NCBI GenBank assembly: GCA_002269645.1
Contig: NIVC01004395.1
Coordinates: 1-47,342 of the forward strand
Length of the DNA: 47,342 bases
From: Macrostomum lignano
Taxonomy: Eukaryota
Reading direction: 5' to 3'
Shown here: one piece after another, positions 1 through 10,044 of the stretch
Layout of the letters: each line of letters begins with the position of its first letter
Numbering within the stretch: position 1 is the stretch's first letter
Translations under genes and position numbers: made by a program
Notes under the pieces: generated by a model
What the model was told of the DNA's origin: nothing
Seen by the model: the letters and a program-made list of their open reading frames with translations, nothing else
Databases searched by the model: none

Positions 1-202
1 CGCCCCTAGAAAGAAATAGAGCTCTGAGAAAGAATCTTATGTAGATTAATTATTCCTGTATATAATGATCGCCAAAACAGAATCACCCCCAAAAATTACC
101 TGTAAAAGAATCGCCCTATCAAATATTAGCCATGGAAAAATTCAACACCAGCGTTGTTAATCTATTCTAAAAACTTACTAAGAAAACTTGCACCACCGGC
201 AG

Positions 203-607
203 ATCCGCCGCGGCCACGGCTACGAAGGCGAAGTGCTGTACTTTATCGACGCATCAAACGAAGTGATCGGCTTGTTAAAAAAGAAAACCGCCTGGTACAT
301 TCTGATCCGAGCACTGCGCGAAAAAATCAAATCAGCCGCCTCGTTAGGCGCGAAACGACCCGGCCAATTCGATGCCAATATGCATCAGAAAAATATTCAT
401 AAAAGAATTCGCGAGATACAGAATTGGCTCGGCCTGAGCAGCGAGATTACTCAACGGTGGCAGCAGATCGGAGCTGATTTGTTGAACTTTTGCGTTCGTC
501 GTTTGTCTACGCAGAGAGATCAGTTCAAGGATTTGGTGTTTAATCAGTTTCCAGTTGTTTGGAAACAGTTTCTGGACGAGACGGGCACTGATGATAGCGT
601 GTTTTGA
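203..607 (+). CDS. Terminal exon of a gene entering from the left; RNA ligase-like (covalent nucleotidyltransferase fold) C-terminal region
   Basis: Acceptor ccggcag at 196-202, then an open frame to TGA at 605-607. YEGEVLYF...LKKKTAWY resembles motifs IV (EGxV) and V (KxK..WY) of T4 Rnl1-type ligases. Upstream exons lie outside the window. Confidence 0.5.
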   Translation: MRRGHGYEGEVLYFIDASNEVIGLLKKKTAWYILIRALREKIKSAASLGAKRPGQFDANMHQKNIHKRIREIQNWLGLSSEITQRWQQIGADLLNFCVRRLSTQRDQFKDLVFNQFPVVWKQFLDETGTDDSVF

Positions 608-655
608 TACCGCGAACTGTTGGCTTTTGCTAATTTTACTTTCGACTGTCAGTGC

Positions 656-1731
656 CACAGAAACTAGAATAACTACTAGATGGGCCACTCGGCGCATTTG
701 CGTGTAAGCTACTTTCAGTTCAGTAGTAAGTTAAACATAATCATTTTAAAGTATTTTAAAGCCAAGGCTTATTTATTGGCTCTTATCCCCCCAGCTTAAG
801 CCTTCCAACCGCGCATTCCCCCGGCCGCGCCCCCAATTTTTATTGCCTTTCTCGGAATTCGATTCAGCCTAAGCGGCCATTTACACTCAGCAACAGTCAA
901 AACGCCACCCTACCGAGAGAGGCGACTTCTCTCTCACCTCAACTGCAGGTGACGTGACTTGCGCCACGACGTGGCTGGAGCTGGGTGAGACTGAATGCAG
1001 GAGAGGGCAATCAGGGGATGCAGGGGATGTGCCCCATCTGCTTCTTTCACCCCACATTAGATGGAGCAGGGTGGCTGGCGCGGTCGGAGTTCGCCTGACA
1101 ATCCGCAGCAGACGTCGATTTGCCCTGGCTGTTGAGCCGCGGAGATCATGGCGCTGGCTGCCTATGGCTGCGTGCTGAACACTACCAGTATCTTGGGACT
1201 TTGTTAACAGCGCTCGAATTGTTGAACGTGATCGGCCAAATTGGCGAGCAACTGCGCTGATGGATGCACCAGCTTCTAGCATGCCAACAGCGCGCCATCG
1301 TTCAGCGTCTGTCATATGCCTGACCATTGTCACGTGTACTGTTGCACCCCCAACCCCAACCCCAGTCCCTTTTGTACTCTCACTCTGGAATTCACTCTCA
1401 CCCAGCTTTAGCCACGCCGTGGCGCGAGTTGCGTCACTTGCAGTTGAGGTGAGAGAGAGGTCGCCTCTCTCGGTAGGGTGGCGGTTTTGACTGTTGCTGA
1501 GTGTACATTTCAGTGGACTGGCTAATGTAAAAGTGTACATTATTGCTGAACCGATTAGCAAGCTGTTTTCGCCTGCAAGCTTGGGCTTCTAAACTTATCA
1601 AAGTCATTTCAGCTGCCTTTATTTTTATAAAAAAGCTTTTGTTTTCCTCTTTGCTACTGAACTGAAAGTAGAAAGCTGTTTTACTAAGTATATATGCCTG
1701 AGTTGCCCATCTAGTTATTTTAGTACCTGTG
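656..1731. mobile_element. Non-autonomous DNA transposon (MITE) with an 8-bp TSD (hAT/P-type), carrying a nested Tc1 insertion
   Basis: Imperfect ~40-bp TIRs (CACAGAAACTAGAATAACT..AGATGGGCCACTC / GAGTTGCCCATCTAGTTATTTTAGTACCTGTG). Perfect TSD gtcagtgc at 648-655 and 1732-1739. A second copy lies inverted at 6066-6502. Confidence 0.85.
894..1503 (-). mobile_element. Tc1/mariner non-autonomous deletion derivative retaining the N-terminal HTH of the transposase
   Basis: TIRs of about 110 bp (CACTCAGCAACAGTCAAAAC.../...GTTTTGACTGTTGCTGAGTG) with TA target duplication at 892-893 and 1504-1505. Internal frame MTDAERWRAVGMLEAGASISAVARQFGRSRSTIRALL..TGSV is a Tc1-type paired-like HTH. No DDE domain. 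Confidence 0.9.
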
Positions 1732-2279
1732 GTCAGTGCAGAGATGAAAATGAAATGTTTAATTTTATATTTATAACTTCTTAATTGTTCTTAAAAACGC
1801 GCAACGCCATTTGCGACATAGTCCCACAATTCCAGCGCTGAGGCAATTCTGCCCATTACCACATAGAAGTGCACCAATAGTGTACACAGGCACGCAGTCA
1901 TGCACAGTGACGCAATAGTTATATTCATTATTTAAGATGAACTATTATAATTGACGAATTTTCGTCAAATTTGCCCCATTCAATAGAAAAACTTTCAATG
2001 ATCATGTGGCACCTTTTTTCTAACTTTTATCTTCAACTTAAGACACTGAATTGAAATTGCGTCACTACAAACTATTTATCTTGATTTTTATTAATAACTA
2101 TTTAATTTTTTGATAGTTTTAATGTCGCGACTCATAAAATAAAACCTTTGACTGTAGTTGAACTTTGAAATATAACTACTCTCCACTTATTAAATAGAAG
2201 AGCTTACAACGGAGTCAAAAGTGTTTTATTTCTGTTTGTTTTATAATAACTGTTAATAAACTGTTAATTATAATTTCTG

Positions 2280-2318
2280 TTAGGGTTAGGATTAGGGTTA
2301 GGGTTAGGCTAGGGTTAG
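2280..2318 (+). repeat. Short degenerate interstitial (TTAGGG)n-like tract
   Basis: ttagggttaggattagggttagggttaggctagggttag, about 6 units. Confidence 0.6.
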
Positions 2319-2334
2319 AAAGTAGACATATTTT

Positions 2335-2676
2335 TTAAGATTTCAAGGCTTATGGGGGCATCGCTGAGATGTCAAGGGGGAGTTGATATGTTAAGGCTTG
2401 TGGGGGGAATTGCTGACATGTCAAGGCTTACAAGGGTACTGGTAGCGTACTGGAGCGTGCTGGTAGAAGTAGTACGCTATTTCTCTGATAGAAGGCAAGT
2501 ATGGTTGAATTGTCAATGTCAGTTATAAAATTCTGCACAAGCATGTTTTATTGGTACATAAGCCCAGAATTAAAATGAGAATTCGATTCCTAGCCCCCCT
2601 CCTTAAGAATTCTTTTCATTTTAAAGGATTCGTCCCTTGCTTATTGGCCACCCCGAAGGGGGGCGCTGATTGCTAG
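2335..2676 (+). mobile_element. Helitron-like non-autonomous element, 3' part (copy A)
   Basis: Internal ~30-bp repeats ggggaattgctgagatgtcaaggctt. Ends in hairpin ccccgaagggg followed by gattgCTAG|T. Related copies at about 4080-4414 and 8340-8505. Confidence 0.5.
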
Positions 2677-3149
2677 TCTTATATACTGAAAATCGATTAA
2701 CTATTTGCAAATTGTGATATGTGATAGGATGACAGCCATAGGTTATGTGTATAAGAGTGTGTCATAAGTTTATATACCAATAATAATGATGGTTATTAGT
2801 ATTTTTAGAAATACACCACAGATTTACGCTGGGCGTATTGAATTTAAAAATATAGTAATATACAATCAGTCAATCTGCATGCTTTTTGGCATATTTAGCT
2901 AATGCTCCATTTAGCTAATTTGGCATATCTTTTAAAGTTGTCCATAATCTTCCTAATTCACCGAATCTACCCATCTCACGGCCTACTATCTACCGAAAGG
3001 TCCTTGCCACAGAAACGGTCCTTACCGTTTAAAAAATCAAAAGGCTATTCTCTGAAAGTTGTATGAAAACAATCGGTCGCGATATACATCTATTTCACAA
3101 GTCACAAAGTCAGTTAACTCAGGCTTAAGTACACAGCTGTAGATCTCCT

Positions 3150-3554
3150 CTATTTGTCTTTTAGTCGCAAATATTCGCCTAGTTTTTCGCACGCCTCGAT
3201 GCACACAGCCGGACAGTGAGCGTCGCCGTACGTGGCCAGAATCACGTGACCATGCGTCCGTACAGCTACTAGGCCTTTCTTACCAGTCTGAGCGTACACA
3301 GAGTTCTTGTCCGCGCGCATCACTTTGTAGTCGCGACCTTCAAATTTAGCGCCACTTTTTCGCGCCTCTGCCGGACTGGCGAACGCATCGAGGACGACCT
3401 GTAGCTGTTCAGGCGACGGGGTGTAGCCCACAGAGCTAGCTAGGACCGATCCGTCCGCTCTGGACAGCAGAGCGCAACTGTTAACGTGACCAGTTGCTAG
3501 CAGACTGTCATATAGCAGGTTCACATTGGTCATCAGGTGTTTTTGTCCCGTCAT
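3150..3554 (-). CDS. pfn4: Profilin-4-like protein, intronless (ATG at 3554 or 3533)
   Basis: LLYDSLLATGHVNSCALL, FEGRDYKVMRADKNSVYA and ILATY...PAVCIEACEKLGEYLR match the PFN4 subfamily pattern along the whole length. Confidence 0.85.
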   Translation of the reverse strand: MTGQKHLMTNVNLLYDSLLATGHVNSCALLSRADGSVLASSVGYTPSPEQLQVVLDAFASPAEARKSGAKFEGRDYKVMRADKNSVYAQTGKKGLVAVRTHGHVILATYGDAHCPAVCIEACEKLGEYLRLKDK

Positions 3555-3896
3555 CTGTGTGTGTTGTTCTGAATATCTCAATTTTTTTTAATTTTTATCC
3601 AAGAGCCAAACGTGAAACTAAAAATCTCTTTTAGAAGCTGCTTTATAATGGAAATATAGGAGCAGTGTGGACAGAAGAGGGGGAGAGAAAATTAAAACTG
3701 TACAGCGCATGGGGTTGGTTTTGGTTAGCAACAGTTGGGGTCGACCTCTCTCTTCTCTCTCTTCTCTCTCTTCTCAATTTCTGTACACCCTGAAAGACAC
3801 ATCATCTACGAGCGTATTGTGCGTATTGTACGATTTCTGCTGTTAAGAACTCAGAGACATAGGGATAGAGAGAGATGTGGAAGAAGAGTCTGCAGT

Positions 3897-6031
3897 ATGT
3901 GGTTTGCTGCTTGGGCTATACTGTTCTCTTGCAATTCAGTAAGCATTAATAGAATAAGTATATTCTATTCTATTCTATTCTATTCTATTATTTGGAATCC
4001 ATTGTTTCAAGCCTGCCAATTCAAATAGAGATACCCTAAGTTGGGCCATAGACAACACGCAAAGTTTCAAAACTAGCTAGCTATCTGGGGGTCGCTTGCT
4101 CTCGGGGAATTGCTAGCTGAGATGTCAAAACTAGGGGGGGATTGCTATGATATCAAGGCTTACTGGGGGAATCGCTGAGGTGTCAAGGCTTATTGGGGGA
4201 ATTGCTAAGATATCAAGACGGAGAGGTCAAAAGCTGCATATGTTTATTCAAAAAAAATTATTCCATTCTTTCAACAATTTTACTTGTATAAAAGGTGATT
4301 TATTAAAACGGAAAAAGAAATGCTTTTAAGATAATGTGCTTTAATTTTTAAGGATTCTCATAATTTTTTGTCTCTTGCTTATTGGGCGCCCCGAAGGGGG
4401 CACTAGATTGCTAGAGTTTCCTAAACAAGTAAATAATTCCGATCTTTACCGCATAGAGGTCAATGTTTAAGATTTATTTCAATGAATTAAGAGGCTGCTG
4501 TTTGCGTCATTCCTTGTGCTGATGTCTATGGCCAAATTATCTACTCGTTTGCCTTTTGCATCCTACAAACCACCAACTCGTATTTGGTAGTTTCTTCATT
4601 AAATTTGATACCTAGGTGTGTTGTCGCTAGAGTATATTTAGCGACCGTCTCCTTCCGGTGCCCGAAAACCCGGGGTTAGGGCCATAGAAACTAAGCCTCT
4701 GCTGTTACTGCACCAAAGTAACAATGTTTAGTAAGATTCTAATGCTTCTCAAGTGCTTCTCCTTCGAGTGCTAATATTGGTTTTGTCAGCCTAACTGAGA
4801 AAAAAGCCATCCAAAGTGAGAATCCTGCCTACGCTGACTGCGAAGGGCCTGGCTGCGTGCAGCCTTAGTCTATGGGCCATAGACAATAAAGGACAAGCAA
4901 AGTGATAAAAGCCATCCAATGTGAGAATCCTGCCTACGCTGAATACGAAGGGCCTAGCTGCGTCCAGCCTATAGTCTATGAGCCATAGACTATAAAGGAT
5001 AAGCTAGGATTGGCTAGTCATATGGCTCAGAAGCTCAGAAGGTATAAAAATAAAAGAATACGACGCATAGACCAATCGATTCTCACATTGGATGGCTTTT
5101 TATCACTTTGCTTGTCCTTTATTGTCTATGGCCCATAGACTAAGGCTGCACGCAGCCAGGCCCTTCGCAGTCAGCGTAGGCAGGATTCTCACTTTGGATG
5201 GCTTTATTCTCAGTTAGGCTGACAAAAGCAATACTTGAGAGCTGCGGAAGCTATAGTCTATGGTCTTAACCATGGGGTTTTCGCGGCTGGAGTGGCCAGA
5301 TCATCTAGCAATATAGAATATGTGGACGGGCAGCGTTGCAGAGATAATTTCCACAGACAAACCATAGAAAAGCCATCTAGACAACAGGAAGAAATTTGGG
5401 CCACAGCTGGAAGGCATGGCTGAGTAAAGAATGGCGCAGAGAGGACCATACGCATATAGTTTATTTACGTGTATTAGTTTTAATAAAAAGTATCAATATT
5501 ATAATTAACACTTTTCAGGCGTCAATAGCCCAATTAGCCGAGCTAGCCATTCAAGGCAATTTCAGCCAGGTGCGAGAGCTGGTCACGAAGCCTCTGGTCC
5601 GGCAGGTAGATGAACAGGGCCGTTCAGTGCTCATGCTGATTGCCAATTCAACAGTCCCCAGTCGGCCTCAATCAGCAAAGTGTATCGAGTACTTTTTACA
5701 CCTGGGCGCTCAGTCCGACACGACAGACGCTGACGGCAACACGGCAGCTCACCTGGCGGCTCGGCGGGGTCGCCTGCGGCTGCTGACGCTGCTGCCGTTT
5801 CGAGTCAAATTTCTTAGAAATCAAACAGACGATTCGACTCCGCTGATGGAAGCGGCTGAATGTGGCCAAATTGATTGCGTCAAACACCTGTTGCACCTGT
5901 TGCGCAGTGGTTCGAAGCGCAGCATACGCAGGCAACTGCTGCTGGAGGCGCGGAACCAGCGAGGCCAGACAGCGCTGGACTTGGCCAGATGCTGCGGACA
6001 CGAGGATTTGGCTGCGATTATTCAGTTGTGA
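3897..6031 (+). CDS. Small ankyrin-repeat protein A with a signal-peptide-like leader; exons 3897-3938 and 5519-6031 (about 184 aa)
   Basis: Exon 1 encodes MWFAAWAILFSCNS and ends at donor CA|GTAAGC, phase 0. Acceptor ttttcag|GCG is phase 0. About 4 ankyrin repeats (GRSVLMLIA, GNTAAHLAA, DSTPLMEAA, GQTALDLA). Exon 1 assignment is inferred. Confidence 0.7.
4080..4414 (+). mobile_element. Helitron-like element, 3' part (copy B), in the intron of ankyrin gene A
   Basis: Same ggggaattgctgagatgtcaagg repeats; terminus gccccgaagggggcactagattgCTAG. Confidence 0.5.
4775..5233. mobile_element. Foldback/MITE-like element with ~150-bp inverted arms and an internal ~110-bp direct duplication
   Basis: About 4775-4927 is the near-perfect reverse complement of about 5081-5233. 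The unit aaagccatccaa.gtgagaatcctgcctacgctga...gtctatgggccatagac is repeated directly at about 4803 and 4908. No clear TSD. Confidence 0.75.
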
Positions 6032-6065
6032 GCGGCTGTGGCTAAGTTGATCAAGCACAGATAGG

Positions 6066-6502
6066 CACAGATACTAAAATAACTAGATGGGCCACCCAGG
6101 CATATATACTAAGTAAAACAGCTTTCTACTTTCAGTTCAGCAGCAAGGAAGAATACAAAAGCTATTTTTATAAGAATACAGGGCGCTGAAATGACTTTGA
6201 TAAGTTTAGAAGCCCAAGCTTGCCCGCGTAAACAACTTGCTAATTGGTTCAGCAATAATGTACATTAGCCAGTCCATTGAAATGTACATGGCAGCTTTAG
6301 GCTGGAATTCCGAGAAAGGCAATAAAAATTGGGGTGGTTTGGAAATGCGCGGTTGGAGGGTTTAGGCTGGGGGTAAGAGCCAATAAATGAGCCTTGGCTT
6401 TAAAAATACATTACAATTCTTTTGTTTAACTCACTACTGAACTGAAAGTAGCTTACATGCAAATGTGCTGAGTTGGCCCATCTGGTTATTCTAACATCTG
6501 TG
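6066..6502. mobile_element. Second, inverted copy of the 656-1731 MITE, lacking the Tc1 insertion
   Basis: Reverse-complement similarity across both halves of the 656-1731 element. Single TA empty site (gaaatgTAcatggc) near 6286. TSD not recognisable. Confidence 0.85.
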
Positions 6503-6639
6503 GTCAGGGGCTTAGGCAAGTAAACACCTATCGTCTTTGTACCATTCTATTTTTTGAGAATGATCTTTTGTTTTAATTAAATGTACATGTAATTGATTAC
6601 ATTCCCCAATTGGGCAGATGTGCAACCGACAGCTCAGCC

Positions 6640-6770
6640 GCAGCCAAGGACTGGAAGTCGCCACACACACCCTCAATTACCCCCAGCTAATGCTGGCACC
6701 CATTTTACAGATGCATGGGTGAACTGCATCAAGAGGACACACAGTATCCAGGAATACTTGACCACCACAA
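6640..6770 (-). mobile_element. CORE-SINE-like fragment
   Basis: gctggcacccattttacagatg...gtgaactg...caagaggacacacag resembles the reverse complement of the CORE/MIR domain, recognised from memory only. Confidence 0.4.
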
Positions 6771-6817
6771 CAACTTGACTGATGATTTTAATGTTTTTGT
6801 TTCTCTTCCTCAGAGAA

Positions 6818-7812
6818 ATGCGACTCTCTATTTCGGGCTTCTGGATTTTCGGTCAAATTGTGGGCCTCACTGCTGAGGTGAGTTGGTACGTGTGGATGGA
6901 TATTATTTAACAAAACAATTTAAATATTAAATGATGTTTTTTGGTGATGACATACCAGTTTTGGGCACAGCAGTTCAGTGGTGCGGCATTGTCACACAAC
7001 CGGCGAGAGGCATTACTGCCCATTCCGCCGACTCCCCTGAGCAGGCACACAAGCGCGCGGATACGTACGCAGTCATACGCACAGGCACACACTCACACAG
7101 GAGTGTACAGCGGCCCTAACTTTATTTATCGTTAGGCATGTACACTTCACTGTGCCTTGGGGGTTGGCCCTCAAGCTGGGCGTTAATTGCACGAGCAGAG
7201 CCAGGCCGAGATTCCAATTTAGCCTCAATCTGAGAAAATTCCTCGCGGTGGCCCTTGACATTTCATCTGGCCTTCCAGGAAACAGCCACCCAGCAGCAGT
7301 TGGCCAATCTGGTCCGATCAAACGACCTTGCTGGTCTCCAACAAGTCGCTACCAGAGTCAACTGCGACCTACCAGACGCCTACGGACAGACAGCTCTGAT
7401 GCTGGCAGCCTCTCGACCAGGTCCAGACGGCTCTTCTCCGCTAGTTGAATTCTTTGTAAGTTCAGTTGGCGCCGATGTCACCTGCGCCGATCTGATGGGC
7501 GAGACCAGCCTTCACCGAGTTGCCACCGAGGCCGGAGCTCGGATACTAATAGAGGCTGGAGCTTCAGTTAACGCTGCCACGAAACTTGTCGGACTCACTC
7601 CGCTGATGCGAGCCGCCATGCTTGACAACAACGACGACAACGACAATAACAGTAGCCTTGAGAATATCGACAATCAAGGTGATGTTGTTGTACGACAATT
7701 AATCTGCTTAGGTGACGCTGATTGGAGCCGACGGGATTCGTTCGGCGGCCGCGCAATCGATTGGGCCCGCCGGATGAGGCGACGAAAAACGGTGGCCTAT
7801 TTGAGCGGGTGA
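6818..7812 (+). CDS. Small ankyrin-repeat protein B with a signal-peptide-like leader; exons 6818-6877 and 7279-7812 (about 197 aa)
   Basis: Exon 1 encodes MRLSISGFWIFGQIVGLTAE and ends at donor GAG|GTGAGT, phase 0. Acceptor ccttccag|GAA is phase 0. About 4 ankyrin repeats (GQTALMLAA, GETSLHRVA, GLTPLMRAA, GGRAIDWA). Confidence 0.75.
6993..7226 (-). mobile_element. Partial SINE sharing its central domain with the SINE at 26779-27141
   Basis: Reverse complement closely matches about 26862-27085, but the flanks differ. Confidence 0.8.
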
Positions 7813-7994
7813 GCAGACTACGCCTGCATGTTATCTTTATTTTCGCTCTATAGTTAATTCCTAAATGCACGTGTATTTTTTCAAAATAAAATGCAAAAAT
7901 ACAATCATGCATGTACATTGTAATAGGGTAGGGCATGTAAATTGAGCCTACAATATCTTCTTCTACCTCGCACTAACGTACATGCATGTACAAT

Positions 7995-8290
7995 GAGTCG
8001 GGGATCCCTCTATACCCCCAGGAATGTACACTGGGCGTGGGGATCCCCCTCTACCCCCAGGAATGTACACTGGGCGTGGGGATCCCCCTCTACCCCCAGG
8101 AATGTACACTGGGCGTGGGGATCCCCCTCTACCCCCAGGAATGTACATCGAGCGTGGGGATACCATAGCTCATACCCCCGAAATGTACATTGAGCGCGGG
8201 TTTCCCCTCTACTCCAGCAATATACATTAAGCGTGGGGATCCCCCTCTACCCCCAGGAATGTACATTGAACATGGGGATCCCCATCTACT
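7995..8290. repeat. 39-bp minisatellite, about 7 copies
   Basis: Unit ggggatccccctctacccccaggaatgtacactgggcgt. Confidence 0.95.
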
Positions 8291-8339
8291 CCCAGCAATT
8301 GCTGAAATGCTGTGGCGTGGCTCATAATTAAGGAAATTT

Positions 8340-8505
8340 TCTGAGATTTCAAGGTTTATTTTGAAAATTGCTGAGATAAAAATCAAGGCTCATATGTGAA
8401 ATTTCCGATGAGTAAGATTTTAAGGCTCACGGGGAAATCGCTGAATTTAATGAGATGTAGACTTTTGGGGGATTGCTGAATCTCAACGGGGGCGCAGATT
8501 GCTAT
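8340..8505 (+). mobile_element. Degenerate Helitron-like element (copy C)
   Basis: tgctgagatttcaagg repeats; ends gggggcgcagattgcta. Confidence 0.35.
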
Positions 8506-9644
8506 TCGAATAGTTATACACTACATATATATGCAAGTCGTTATCTATATTTCAGTTTTACACAGCGCCGCTGCCTCTGCACTAATCAGCTGCCTTATTT
8601 TGATCAGGTGCAGCAAATGCCGTAAGTTTATTTGCTGCATTTCACTACAATCGATAATATAGTGGATTTTGCAAAAAAATCATGTAACGCATAATTTTCA
8701 GCGAATTAATCCAACTGAATATGGAAGACCCACCAGCAGTTAAAGATGGTCTTTAAAACAAGCAGCCGACTCTTAAGAGAATTAAAATGCAAATTTACAG
8801 ATATTTACACGTTTTAAATTTAATTATAATCTCATACTACTACTAACATGCACACTTAGTAGCACTTTTGCGTATGTTTTCATTAAGACTGAATCTCAGC
8901 TTTCTGATCAATAAATAAGTCAATAAAATCCTAGTCAAAAACATTATACATGAATTTAACACATGATTTATAATTGTTTTATTGTTAAGCGTAAAATATA
9001 TTTATATTGTAAACAAAGTAACATTGCAAAGTAAAATTTTCTGCAATATCTACGAAAACAAATATGAAAGTAAAATATTTGTATATTTTTACGTGCTATT
9101 TTTCTCATTTTTTACCACTAAAAGTATACTTTTCTGCGAATATGCAGTGAGATAACGTTAGTGAAAAAAGAAAAATATTTATAAGCTTAATTAATATAAG
9201 CTTTTGTAATAAAGCAATGTATACCATAGCTTCATATATAAGTATCTATGTAATATAGATTAACCCAAATAGATGTACATCACAGACAATTTTTGAAAAT
9301 AAATGTTGCTAGCCCAGAATTTCGTTTAAACTTGACAGCAAAAAAATACTTGATTCCAGATTTCCTAAAGACATCAAACAGATTACATGATTCAGTACAT
9401 ATATAATAGATAATGTTAAACAATGTGTTTTCAGACATAAACCTGCATAGTGGGAAAAGACTACGAACGCAATTTAGTCGCAATTAAACCACAATAACAG
9501 TGAAAGATCTCTGAATTAAATATATATATTACACACTAATTACTGACACCTAAAACCAGTTGCCAAGAGTCAATATGCACAATGTTATAAATACTGGATA
9601 TTTACTTTTTACGCGTTATTTTTTATTTTAAAAGTCTTCTGTAA

Positions 9645-9800
9645 GGCTGAGGCTGGCCCAGCAACTGAGGATCTGGGAGGCTGGCCAGATTTACAACTGA
9701 GGATCTGGGAGGCTGGCCCAGCAACTGGGGATCTGGGAGACTGGCCCAGCAACTGGGGATCTGGGAGACTGGCCCAGCAACTGGGGATCTGGGAGACTGA
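9645..9800. repeat. 28-bp minisatellite, about 5 copies
   Basis: Unit ggctggcccagcaactg(a/g)ggatctggga. Confidence 0.9.
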
Positions 9801-10044
9801 ATAAGAATCGCATTTCGCATTTACAACAACTCTATTTAGTCTACTTGAGTCAGCAGAAAGTTAAGCACTAACAAAATGACTTGTGGGCGACTTTTTTTCG
9901 CGACTCTTTTACGATTCTACAGCTCACGTGACAAATGTGCAGGAGCATTAGACTAAAAAAACCAATAAGGTGCGGTAAGACACAAACAAAGGACTAACTA
10001 GAACAAACTAGAGCATCTTTATCTCCAACGCGCCCTGTGATCGG

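Noticed and set aside
1-125. gaatcgccc/gaatcacccc motifs resembling the 24-bp GTPBP2 intron repeat
   Set aside because: Too short and degenerate to establish relatedness
2280-2318. Telomere or chromosome-fusion site
   Set aside because: Only about 6 degenerate units, single orientation, likely part of a transposon remnant
7225-7260. HDV-like ribozyme suggested by ttcctcgcggtggcc
   Set aside because: No upstream P1 partner or P2/P4 elements could be assembled by eye
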